A DNA stretch of 64,000 bases from the human T2T-CHM13v2.0 reference genome, Homo sapiens. Location of the stretch: the NCBI RefSeq assembly GCF_009914755.1, contig NC_060925.1. One strand, given 5' to 3'. The position numbers and the translations under genes are program-made. A model generated the notes under the pieces. That model saw only the letters and a list, made by a program, of their open reading frames with translations. It searched no databases and had not been told where the DNA came from. Positions 45,541 through 59,398 of the stretch are shown one piece after another. Numbering within the stretch: the stretch's first letter is position 1; the number at the start of each line of letters is the position of its first letter.

Positions 45541-47035
45541 GCACTTGAAAATTATGTGTAGTGTATAGTATGTTTATATGGTACATCTTCTCCAAACAGA
45601 GCGAGACTGTTGCACATATGTATCAGCAACATATATATCAAAGGACTTCTATCACAAATATGTAACATTCTTACAAATAAGAAGATTAACAACCCATTAA
45701 TAAAATGGGCAAAGATTTTAAAAGTCACTTCTAAAATAAAGATATAGTAATTGTCAAAAGGCACTTGAAAATATGTTCAACATCATTAGGCATAAATAAT
45801 ATTCAAATTAAAACCATAATGAAATATGCTACAAGCCTATTAGGAAGACTAAAATTTTAAAAATTAAAAATATCAAGTGTTGATGAGGATGCAGAACAGG
45901 TGGATTCTGTTTCGCCATTTAGGGAATACAAAATGGCACTACCACTTTAGAAAACTGACAGTTTCTTAAAAAGTCATACATATACCTACTAAAGAATCCA
46001 ACCATTCTATTGCTAGGTATTTACCACAGAAAATCAAAAACACAGGTCAACACAAAGGTTTTCACACAAATGTTCATTTTACACAAATGTTCATAGGCAA
46101 AAGTTGAAATAGTCCAAATGTCCATCAACAGAGGAATAGATAAACTGTGGTGTAATCATGCAAGGAAACATTACTTAATAAAAAGGAATGAACTATTGAT
46201 ACATGCAACAAAATGAATAAATCTCAAAATTGCTATGCTGAGTAAAAGAAGCCAGGCAAAATACATACTGCATTTCCATCCATATGAAAAATTATAGGAT
46301 ATCCAAACTAATTACAGTAACAGAAAGCAAATCAGTTTTCTGGGGATGGGGTAGAGGATGGTTGGATTACACAGTGGCATAAGGAACTTTGAGGAGTAAC
46401 AGAAATGTTTGTAATCTTTATTCCGGTGATGCTTTTACATGTATATACATACGTGGAAAATGATCACATTGTACACTTTAAATATGTACAATGTAGCAAA
46501 CATCAATTATACTGCAATAATATTTTAATTAGCCATCCATCTTATTGTCCATTTGAAGGTAATGTGTCCTTTTTTTTCCTCTGACTGCTTTCAAGTTTTC
46601 CCTTCATCTTCGTATGTAGATGTTCAACAATTTTCTGTAAAGTACACACAAAACATCTGCTACAATTCTTTGTATTGATTCTTCTTGAGGTTTACAGATT
46701 TCTTCCGTTACTGTGGCTTGATGTCTTTTTTTAAGTTTTGGAAAATTCTAAGACAGTAGTTTTTCAAACACTGTTTTTCCACTGTCTTCTCCCCTCCATC
46801 ACTCCTCGTCTACTGTGGCTCTAATTACACATACATGAGACCTTTCATCCATGTTCCATATTCTCTTGTACTCTTTTCTACATTGTCCATCTTTTCTCCT
46901 CTCTGCATTTCTGATATTTTCTATGAAATTATCTTCCAGTACATTTAACCTTCTTTCCTCTATGTCCAATCTGCTTTAAGCCTAGTCTATTAACTGTTTA
47001 ATTTCATAAATTACATTTTTCACTGTAGACTTTCT

Positions 47036-47532
47036 TTTTTAACTTTTATTTTAAGTTCAGGGTACATGCGCAAGATGTGCAGGTTTGTTACATAGGTAAA
47101 CATGTGCCATGGTGGTTTGCTGCACAGATCATTCCATCAGCTAGATATTAAGCCCAGCGTCCATTAGCTATTCTTCCTGATGCTCTCCCTCCTCCCAGCC
47201 CCACCCTCTGACAGGTCCCAGAGTGTGTTGTATCCACCCCATGTGTCCATATGTTCTCATCATTCACCTCTAACTTATAAGTGAGAACAGGTGGTATTTG
47301 GTTTTCTGTTCCTGCATTAGTTTGCTGAGGACTAATCCATGAGGATTTGTCCATCTCTATCCATGTCTCTGCAAAGGACATGATCTCATTCATGTCATCC
47401 ATGTCCAACTCTATCCATGTCCCTGCAAAGGACATGATCTTGTTCCTTTTTATGGCTGCATAGTATTCCATGGTATATATGTGCCACATTTTCTTTATGC
47501 AGTCTACTATTGATGCGCATTTAGGTTTTCTG
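47036..47532 (-). mobile_element. L1PA (about PA8-PA13) 3' end with internal duplication
   Basis: taagttcagggtacatg...ccatggtggtttgctgcac; TSD gactttct (47028-47035, 47533-47540). Confidence 0.85.
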
Positions 47533-47624
47533 GACTTTCTATTTGATTCTTTTTATAGGTTTGTTTCCCTAATGAAATATTTTATCTTAGATGTCTGGAG
47601 GAATTTTATATTCTACAAGATGCA

Positions 47625-47938
47625 TATAAGAAAATACAATCAACTGGATGACTTAAGCAGCAGGTATTTATTGCTCACAGTTATGGAACCTAGGAAGTGT
47701 AAGATTAATGTGCCAGCAGATTTAATTCCTTGTGAGGACCCTCCTTCTGGCTTGCACACCTTCTCTCTGTGTCTTCACATGGTCAAGAGAAGCAGCTTCT
47801 GCATCTTATAAGAACACCAGTCCCATTCTGGGGCTCTACTCTCATGATCTCATTTAACCTAATTACCCCCCAATGTGATTGGGGCTTGGGGGACAAACAA
47901 ATGAATTTGGAGGAACACAAACATCTATTCCTTAACAA
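47625..47938 (-). mobile_element. MLT1A-like LTR
   Basis: tttattgctcacagtt...gtgccagcagattt...ctctgtgtcttcacatgg. Confidence 0.75.
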
Positions 47939-50602
47939 TGCCCTTTGAGTTTAATTTTACTATAGTCAGAGGTTTGTTTCATTGCTATGCACTTAATTCA
48001 TTCCAAGTGAAAGTGAATCCGAATATATAAAAGTAAGCTAGCTTTCTGATTGCTGATTTTACTATGCTGTTCTCTAAAAAGCTTTTCTTTAACATCTTTT
48101 TCTTCTAACAAAAATGACAAACCATTTTGCAAACAAAAATGATTTTCACTATTTCATGTGTCCTGAAATCCTTTGAGTTGCCTCCATTTTATTGGGTGGA
48201 TAAGCAGACCCATCCACACTTTTTATCCAGTCTTTTGTTGAAGTATACTACAGAAAAAATACAGTCTAACAGTTAGAAGATACAGATTCTTAGTCCCAAC
48301 TCTGACACTTACTAGCTTTGTGGTCTTCATAAACTCATATAAATTCTATGAATCTCTATCTTAGTGTTTCTCAAATGTGAAAAATTGTATTACTTATTTT
48401 TTCCCTTCCGTTTTAACAAAGGTATTTTTGGGGTACATAAGACAAAGAATGTAAAAGTGCTTTGTAAAATCTAACATATCTAAAATAACTATTCAATAAA
48501 TATTTTGAATAAATACCAGATAATATCCTATGATGTAAAAATGATATAACCTTAGGAAAATTTGGGAATCCAGATCTCAAACACAGATCTCTTACTGCAA
48601 AGCCTATAATCTCAGCCATTACATCACACCACATCTCAATGAAGCAATTCTGTGAGATAGGATGTAATACTTTTCCAAATGAACGCCACACAGAATATCT
48701 GACAATTGACCCCATACGGAACTATGATGAAAAACCTAAGCAAAGAACTAAAAATACATAGTTTATATTAAATTAACTTTATTAATAAACGATATTTCCT
48801 TGCTCTTTTTATCCACCTTCTTTATTATTGCCCTTTTTTCTTGCTCTCTTTAATATTCTAGCCTTGCCCTTCCAATCTGAAAACATGACTCTGGTGCTTT
48901 CTTTTCTCCAAATGAAACTCCTTTTCCTGGATATAAATCACATTGCTTTGAACACGATCAGATCCTTTCCTGAAAACATACATTATATGAGAGGAGAGAA
49001 GGTAATTGGAGAAGGAAAAAGGTAGAACCTCACTACTGTTCACTATTCTTAAGAGTAAATTCAGGCCAACTCGCTACTGCCAGTCAAGTCATCCCATTTG
49101 TAGATGAAGACAGCCTGGAGGAAGTAGACAAGGGTGGAAAGTAGAGGAAATGTTTGCAGATGTAAGAGACAAAGTTTTGCACAGTGATGACTGGTCACAG
49201 AGGTTAAAAACCAGATATCCAAAGTCATATTTATTTCTGTGATTCAGAAATCTATCTGCCTCTAGTGATTTAAAACTTGTGGGTTTGAATATGTTACAGG
49301 CAGATTGAACTCACTTCTGCTTTTCACAGCCCCCAACAAACCTGACTGAATTTCATCAAAACTACATTCACCCATTTACCTTGATCCTGAGACATGTGAG
49401 TTTGTGACGTTTATGGGCTTAGGTGAAACCTGTACACTTTACTTTCTTTTGAAGTTACCTCTTTTCTAACTGGAATAGGATCATATTTTCTGCCATGACC
49501 CTGTTCTTTCCAACTTATAGAATGTACAAGTGCCTTGTAAAGTCTAACATATCTAGTTGAATATTATAATACCCTTTTGTTATAAACCACTAACCATAGA
49601 TACCTTACCTTCTAAATTGATCTAAGTTGAATATTAAGGACAACCATTATGATGTAGAAACTGGCTTTGAGAATAAATACAAAAAGCAAAAGCTTAATTG
49701 GATAGTACCAATTTTCCTTGTGGTCCATTTGGTCATCATTTCATTCTGCAGCCCTAGTGAAGTGGTGTGTATGTTGCAGTTACTGTATTTGCTATGACAT
49801 CATGATGGGTGCATTTTATATTTCACAGACTGCATAATAGCTATTACGCTTTCTAAACAAGTATCTGAAAAGCCCATTCCAGTCAGTTTCTCAGATATAG
49901 TACCCCAAAGCAAATTCTTTTTTAAAAAATGGCTCAAAATATGTACACATTTACAGTGTAATGTTTACATCATTTAACATTGTGAACATGAAGAGGAAAT
50001 CTCCTCATCTGCATTGACTGAGTGTTAAGCATTTCCAAGTTGAGTAAAAGGGTATATTGTGATGAGAGGTTCACAGTTTAGGGAAGTCCTAGACAATCTC
50101 CTAACTTTCCTTACTGTAGTTGTCTCTGCTATTGGAAATGAAAGGAAAATTCATCTATGTTGTGTAGTCAGAAGTAGAGATGCTTCCATCTCTGTTTCTG
50201 GTTCAAAGTTTCTGTGAAATTCTTAGAAGATCTTCCTGTCTTCTTGGATATAATGCACTGGGGGATGAAAGGAGAGAGGCACGGGGAAGTGGCATACAGG
50301 AAAATCCATTTCACCAAACACATAAAAATGATCTGCGTGTGAGCATTCTAAAGGAAATGGAAGCCATATGTTTCTGATTCATTTACATGTAATCCATCAA
50401 AATATTATTTTGTAAGGATAGTTAATGTACAAGAAACCTGCCAAGCCTTCTTATAAACATTTTTCCAAAAATCCAGCTGCATTGATGCAGCTGTGTAAGA
50501 AGTTATACTGGAAAGATGGAACTTGTTTCAAAGTCTCAAGCACATTTTAAACTCCCCAAGGGGTGCCTGGCATGATAGCAATAGCACAGGCTTTGGAGTT
50601 GA

Positions 50603-50928
<326 letters not shown>

Positions 50929-50978
50929 AAAACCTGGATTATTTCTCATTAACCTTTTTCATAAAAAAAATATTTCTT

Positions 50979-51380
<402 letters not shown>

Positions 51381-52165
51381 TTAGGGATACAGTAGTGGAC
51401 AAATAGAATAAACTAGATCCCTCTTTTCATTAATCTAGTTACTCAATTTATCTGAGCTTGTATTTTCTTATTCTGAGAAATGGAGATGATAATGCTCATC
51501 CTTAAAAGTCTTCACCATTCAGTAAGTAACCCAACTCCTGGCATGAAAAATACACTCAATGAAAGGAGTTATTTTCCATTTTCAACCTTTTTCTATTTGA
51601 AGCCACTTTCCCACTTCAATCTGTCTGCACATACACCCTTACAGACGGTCCCTGCTCCTCTAGCACCCACAAAGACCACAATCATTGGAATGCTTCACAT
51701 TTGTTTGTCTCATTGTCCACTAGGTCAAAGGGCCACTTTCTCTGAAATGCATAGCAATACATGTTAGACTGGAAGAACTAAATAACAATTTGCCTTGGGA
51801 ATACACGGGGAACGCATATACTTTGGAGTCAGGACAAACTGGACTTAAATTTTCTATTTTCCATTCATAATCTTTTTTATCTTGGTCACATTTCTGAGCT
51901 TTGGTTTCTACATCAGTAAAATGGGATTAAAATTACCTAATGTGCAGTGTTGCTGGGACTAATTCAATAGGATAATACATGGAAGGTGTCTAGCCCAATA
52001 ATGGCAGATCTTATTACTTCCATAGAGAGTAAATCAAAATGTTTTATTTCAAGGGTTTAATGTCCAAAACCATAATATTGCAACCATCTTGGTAGATCAT
52101 AACCTGTTTAACACTTGAACTGTAGGCAACCTGAAAAACTCATCAACTCCACCCACTGAACACAT

Positions 52166-52819
52166 TTTTTTTTAATACTTTAAGTATTAGGGTACATGTG
52201 AACAACATGCAGGTTGGTTACATATGTATACGTGTGCCATGTTGGTGTGCTGCACCCATTAACTCGTCATTTAACATCAGGTATATCTCCTAATGCTATC
52301 CTTCCCCCGTCCCCCCACCCCACAACAGGCCCCGGTGTGTGATGTTCCCCTTCCTGTGTCCACATGTTCTCATTGTTCAGTTCCCACCTATGAGTGAGAA
52401 CATGCGGTGTTCGGTTTTTTGTCCTTGAGATAGTTTGCTGAGAATGATGGTTTCCAGCTTCATCCATGTCCCTACAAAGGACATGAACTCATCCTTTTTT
52501 ATGGCTGCATAGTATTCCATGGTGTATATGTGCCACATTTTCTTAATCCAGTCTATCACTGTTGGACATTTGGGTTGGTTCCAAGTCTTTGCTATTGTGA
52601 ATAGTGCTGCAATAAACATACGTGTGCATGTGTCTTTATAGCAGCATGATTTATAATCCTTTGGGTATATACCCAGTAATGGGATGGCTGGGTCAAATGG
52701 TATTTCTAGTTCTAGATCCCTGAGGAATCGCCACACTGACTTCCACAATGGTTGAATTAGTTTACAGTCCCACCAATCAGTGTAAAAGTGTTCCTATTTC
52801 TCCACATCCTCTCCAGCAC
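52166..52819 (-). mobile_element. L1PA4/5-like 3' end, 5'-truncated
   Basis: ORF 52377-52748 is the ORF2 C-terminus (WKSVWRFLRDLELEIPFDPAIPLLG...). Confidence 0.93.
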
Positions 52820-55800
52820 GTATGTATAGCTATTAAGTCTCTTGAAGATGCCCAAGGTTAAATTTTTTTTAGCAAGAATGCAATAATCACTTGACATGTG
52901 GTTTGCTATTCTCCATTAATATTTTCATTGCAGACATTACTAATCAATCACAAAAAACTTTTCCACTGAACATATACAGCCTCAAAATTCTTTTCTCAGC
53001 ATTTGATGCAGCCACTACCAATCATATAGAGCTGGCAAGTAATGTACCCCTATCTGTATACTTGATTTAATACATCAAATAGGTTGCATGATCCACTCTT
53101 TTGAAATATCAAGTCTATTTAACAGACATTTATTTAGCACTTACTGTGTGTCTGGTCATGGAGTTATAGAGACAAGTAAACTATCACTCTATCAGATGTA
53201 CTACAAGTCCAAATGAATAATTGCTAAATAGGGATATGAATTACAACAGAGAAGTGTTGTTGAATTAAAAGAAAGGAGGATTTGTTTTTGTCCTACTTGT
53301 TAGCTCCTCTATTCGAAGTGACAAGAATACAACTAGCAAATTGTAAAGCTCAAAAACTATTAATTGAATGAGTGAGAATGTATGTGGTTAGCACCTACTT
53401 TGTGCCTCCTGTATCTACTCTGTTCATTTGATATGGTTTTCCTTTCAAGAATGATGCATAGTAGGTGGAAAAGTTGGGGGGTATCAAAAGGAGGATCAGC
53501 ACAAATGCTGATAAGACCTTATCAAAGGATAAGACCATTTCTGCCAGAGAGAAGAAGGAAGAGATTCATGCTTAGGCAGAAGAAGTGACCTAAGCAAATA
53601 CAAAGTATGAAAGTTCACAGCCTAACAGTGCTTTATATTTTTGCAGATTTGGAATATATGTCTAGCCAGATCACCTCCTAAGCTTGGACAACCAGATAAG
53701 AAACAATGCCTGTGGCCAAGTGGAACAGAGTTACGTCAAAGAAAGTGATGAAAGATGCCAAGGAGAGAAGCTGTTCTTCGTTGTTTTTGGACTTTACTAA
53801 TGCTATTTTTCCCGGCAGTCACCGCTGCTTGCCTGATCATTAGCACCCAAACATCTTGTTTGTTTCTACCAGACGGAAGTAATATACAATTATGCAAATT
53901 ATCTTAACTCCAAGTAAGGAATCACAGGCCAGTCAATAATGTTGATGTATTATGAAAGGGCAGCTCCTCCTGGAAGAAATAACATGAAGAGCTGATCATA
54001 AGCAAACATTTTGAAGCCTGCAGAGGACTGGTCCCTGCAGCGCAATCTATTATCATATTTCCACATAATTAGTTTGTTTTCCACTTGAAATCAAAAAACG
54101 ATTCGACATTGCCTTCCCTGCCTCAGGATGGAAGAGCTTCCAGTGGAATTCTCCTGCGAAGGTTCATATGGTGAATAATTAGTGAGAATTAATCTGTGGA
54201 AATTAAAGTTTGGAATATTGTAGAACTCATGAATAGTGCATGGGGCAATTGGGTGGAGGAAGAGAAGAGCAGCACTTCATGGTAGACAATCACAGATGAC
54301 TGCTGGCAATCCGTTTTTTAATCAGTGCTGTGCGAGCCAGGGGGTTGGATATGGCTACAGTCTGTGGAGAAATACTGTCAAATTTTTACAGGCAGGACAA
54401 GGAAACATTTCCAGAGATGCCTATCTCTAAGCTCATTTTGGTAGTTTTTACTTGGAAGAGATGCCCTGGAATCAGAGGGATTTTCTCCAACTGATGCTGA
54501 TGGCATTAACTACTTTCATCCTTGCAACTGCACGGATTTTATTACCTTTGTCTTTGATTTTCTTGTCCCCATTTTACTGATGAGAAAACTGGAGTCACCA
54601 GCTTCTAAGTGATCCTTCTGACGCACTGAGATCAGAAGGCAAGTCTTCCTGATTACAAAAGCCAATAGCTAAAGCGTAAAATTCTAGCATGAGCTGGAAT
54701 CAGAGTGGTGGAGTTTCAAATTTTTAATCCATCTAAGTATCAGTTTCCTCAACTGAAAAGTGATGACATTACATATTTTATAAAGTTTTATGAGGGCTAC
54801 ATGAAATAGTACAAACAAAGCCTTCACATAGGATCTGCACATAATAAAGACACACTATATTTACATGAAAAAATTAATATAAATCCATTCTCCCAGATTA
54901 CTCTGACACTCAAATATATAAGCGTCTTATTATGCTTTGGAAATAATTCCCTCAAATGATTTCAGGATCAAGTTATAACTTCCTTTCTCCTACATCCCTA
55001 TGGTGGCAGTTTTCCCAAGCATCTGTTTACCTAAAAATAAATTTAAATGGAAAATTTGCAAGTGATCAGGGTTAATGTCTCCAATTATTAAGTGACTGGA
55101 AAAATGGTACAGCAGGAACACACAGCAGGGGAGCATTTTTTAGATGTAGAACGCAAAGAATTTTTTGTAGATTATAGAATGGTTTTATTTTCCAAGGCTG
55201 TAGCTCACTTGAGCAATAGTTGCCTGTGATTACTAGAACAATATGGTCACCAGAGCTCAAAATACAGTAAGAATAAAAGAAACAGAGCACATGTCCAAAG
55301 AAACAAACAGTTTATTTTTCCCCAATTATAAATGTAAAACTTGATATAGAAGAAAAGTACGTGAAAGTAAAAGAAAAAGCTCACCATAACCTTAAAGATC
55401 TTTCCCGTTAAAGTTTTTGACATTTTGTGTGTTTTCTGCCAATTTTTTTTTTCTGGGCATAATTTTCCATAATTGTTGTCATACTGTATCTGCAATTTAA
55501 ATTTTCCCTTTCACTTAAAATAGTAAGATAAGCATTTTTACAAAGGTTCTAATAACATGAGCATTTTTTAAAAATAAGGCACAATCAATATAAAGAATGA
55601 TAGTTGCTCTTAAAACAAGGAATTGTTTTCAGATTCAAGGATCACCTTTTGTTTCTTTCTCAGAGAGAGTGGTTTCCAATCCAAATGCACATTTGCCTCT
55701 CAGGCATCTGTTGGATTTGGAAGAGGTTCCCAGATTGAGTTGAGAAATGGTCATTACAGTTAAGCTGCAACTTCAATCTTCAAAATGAATGAATGGATCC

Positions 55801-57050
55801 AGTCCAGTCCTTTGGCTGGGACCCAGTCTTTAAAATCCAGCAGAACAATGAATATGTGGCTTCACAGCCAGCTGGTATCAGACTTGGGCAGGGAGAGTGT
55901 CAAAATATTAGTGACTTTTTTACATTTGTCAAAGCTGAGGCCAATACAAGAAATGCAGACAGCTTGCAAATGTGGGTTGTGCACCAAAGGGTTTTTGTGT
56001 GTGTGTTTTTTTCAATCCTGCCCACCGGATGTCAACATTTCCTTGCTTTCTGATTATTTCTGCAGCAAAGACAGAGTGAAATATCTTTTACTTTGAATAT
56101 GAAAACTGCTATAGATTTATCATCAACACATCAACCACTAATTTATTATACTGGGGCAATGTACTCAACTGGAATAAAGGGGCCATCAGCATTTCCATGG
56201 CAATTCTTCCTTTTCTTTCCTTGGTTTATAACTCATCTGCTTACTCAGTTGTTCCTGAACCTGGCAGGCAAGGTCTCAGTGGGAGAATAAATATATTTAT
56301 ACAAAATGTTTAAGAAAGGCTGCCCACATTGAGTTAGAAAAATAAGCATATGCTAGTGCTGTCTGGCACTCTCTTTGCAATTCCTGTATCTTTCCAAAAG
56401 GAAAAAAAAAATCTACAACAGAACATTTTATTTTATTTTTAAAAGAAACATTGTTGGCAGCCAACGTGCAATATGGGCTTGATGGGATTTTTTTTCTCCT
56501 CTTTATCTTTTCCTTTGCCTTTTTCAAAAAAACTATATGGAACAACAAGCTAATTGCTTCCAGAGTAAAATAAATCAATTATTAACAGGCAAATGTAGCT
56601 GAGTTATCTCTTTGCCCATCTCTTTTCCATATTCCTTGGATGAAAGTAGATGATTTCATGCACATGACAATTCAGGGTTGTATGCACCTGGTGAGAGAAA
56701 GAGTATGGGGCACCCCTGTGTCTGGTATCTAGGATTCATTTAAACAATGTTTCATCCCTTCCCCATTTTTGCTGCATCAAATAAATGAAGAAGTCAGAGC
56801 CTATAGAGCTACTAACAATGACAACAAAAAAATGCATAATATTTCCACAATATTTATAGCTTATGAGGTGCTTGCATAGTCATTAGGTCATTCAAGAATC
56901 ACCGTATCCTAGTGAGCTAGTTATTATTATAATTATTCTCATTTTGCTGATGAGAAAACTGAAGGTCTGAAAAGTTAAGTAACTTTTCCAAAGATACAGC
57001 ATTTTGAATGACTGACCAGACACAAGAAAAGCAATGATGGTGTTGATATT

Positions 57051-57691
57051 TGATAATATTGAACTTTACCTGAGCCCTGTGCTCCTGGAAAACAGCAAAA
57101 GTTAAGACATTCCCTTATCCTAATATGTACCCCAAGAATAGCTTACTGCAAAGAACTACTCTTCTGCACATAACTTAAAAAAGACCTGTGAATGACTCCT
57201 TTTTTGCCTTTGACAAGGCTGGACACAGATCCTCCAAATTCCCACCCTTTGCCTCATAAATGATTAGCTTAACTGTTTCTTTCCACTCACCAACCTGGAC
57301 AAAATGCCTACCAATTTGATTTGCTTAAACTATACTCAAGTGTCTCACCTCTCCCCAGGTCTCTTATCTTTGATCCTCTGCTGAGCAATGGAACTTGGAG
57401 CAACCTCTCCTTACTGTCCCCTCCTGAAAATCAGCTGAAATGGGGAGACAGGGGAAGGGATATCAACTGTCTCATCATGCCACTCACTTACCCACTTTCC
57501 ACGCCCCATACCTGTTCTTTCTAGCCTTGTTTATTCCTTGCCATAAAGAACAAAAAAAGCTGTCCTCTGCCTGACATTTGAGATGGAGATCTTAGGGTCA
57601 TTAATCTATTGCAATTGTCTACCTTTTCTATTGCAATATTTTAAAAATAAAATCTCCATTTACTTAAGTCCAGATTTGTTTTTATTTGATA
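57051..57691 (+). mobile_element. ERV1-class solo LTR (MER31/MER67-like)
   Basis: tgaactttacctgagccctgtgctcctggaaaacagc...aaataaa...tttatttgata; 4-bp TSD-like tatt/tgtt. Confidence 0.7.
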
Positions 57692-58962
57692 TGTTAGCAA
57701 TAATGATTGTTAACATATGTGTAGTCCTCAGAATTAATAAGCATTTTGAAAAGAATCATAACCTCTATTTGTATAGTGCTAAATGCTTCCCCATTAATTA
57801 TAATTTCAAAATGACTCTTTATCATCCAGAGGACAATTAATACCCCTTTCTAAAAATAAAGTCACTGATGATGAGAAATAAAGTGACTTATCCAAAGTCA
57901 CAGAGTCTAGGGAATTGAAGTAAAATGGACAATTCTGACCAAGGACATAAGCCTTCTTCTTCCTGGTTTACTATTCTTTCACTCACCACATGAACATAAG
58001 CCAGGCCAGGTTTATACTCACTTGAAAAAGGTCAGTCTTTTGTAGATTGACAATACAGACAATGAAGCTTACTCTGTGGGCTCTTTGCTTACACAGGCCC
58101 CTTTCAAAACCTAAATTTTGATTAACACAGTAATTTTTTTCTTAGTCACCCATCAACTGTATAATCTTCAAGTGCCACAAAACCTGGATCTACTCCTGAG
58201 AATAATGCCAATATGTTGTGTTTTTAGAAGCATACTCACATGGCTCTACTCACAAAAATCACTTTTTCCAGATAGTGCAATGCCAAAATTTTCACAAAGA
58301 CAGTTTTTTATTGACTGTTTCTCAACATTTGTTCTGTGTCATGCTAAATTTATTAGATATTAGCAGATGATCCACAAAAAGAGAATTGGCAGTCAAACCA
58401 AAGAGTATCAATAAGCAAAGGCTTTTTAAAAATCTGTAGGACTCCTTGGTTCTTTTAATATGTTAACCAGTATAGTGATTCTCAAGAATTATTTTTAAAG
58501 AGACCATCTTCTTGTACTAACCTTCCCAAAAGCAAACTTAAGAAATGCTGGATTAAGGAATTGAGTCTCTAAGGAACCTCTGTTTAAAAGGAAATACACA
58601 ATATAGAGCCATAAAATAAGCTAATAAAAGCCTTTTTAACTTTAGGGTAAGTCAATCTATCAGGCAAATTCTAGGTTCTTAGCAAGAATCTAATGCAAAA
58701 GAAGAGCAGAGAAAGATCCATTTTGATAAGTAGCCAATAAGGAGTTTGGACCCAGATGATGCCTTCATGAGCAGGCCAGGTAAAGCCCCCAGTGTGTGGA
58801 AGCATTTTGTCTAGAATAAAAAACAAGCCCAAGAAGGCACAGGGCACTTGAAAAATAGAAGCCCTCCAAAAAAAAAAGAGGTGACAGTTCAGCAGGCATG
58901 GATTTTTCCCACTTGAAGGGCACCAACTAGTACATAAGCAAAATTTTTTAGAGAAAATACAG

Positions 58963-59398
58963 TTTTTTTCAACTTCTATTTTCGAATCGGAGGGTGCATG
59001 TGTAGATTTGTTATAAAGGTATACTGAGTGATGTTGAGGTTTGGAGTACAAATGAATCCATCACCCAGGTAATAAAATGTGTCATTTTTCAACCCTTGCC
59101 CTCCTCCCTCTCTCCCCTCTCTAATTGTCCGCAGTGTCTGCTGTTCCCATCTGTATGTCCACGTGTACCATCGTTTTGCTCCCACTTATTAGGGAGAACA
59201 AAGGGTATTTGGTTTTCTGTTTCTGCGTTAGTTCACTCAGAGTAATGGCCTCCAGCTGCATCCATGTTGCTGCAAAAGCCACGATTTTGTTCTTCTTTAT
59301 GTCTGCATAGTATTCCATGATATACATGTACCACATTTTCTTTATCCAATCCACAGTTGATGGGAAACTGAGTTGATTCCATGGCTTTGCTATTGTGT
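58963..59398 (-). mobile_element. L1PA16/L1PB-like 3' end
   Basis: aatggcctccagctgcatccatgttgctgcaaa; ORF 59121-59354 is the ORF2 tail. Confidence 0.85.

Larger units (their letters stand above)
44410..46525 (+). mobile_element. Old L1M (L1MC/MD-like) ORF2 3' part and 3' UTR
   Basis: aaaatgcaaaggacctagaatagc; tgacaaagatgccaag; tgtacactttaaatatgt. Confidence 0.8.
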
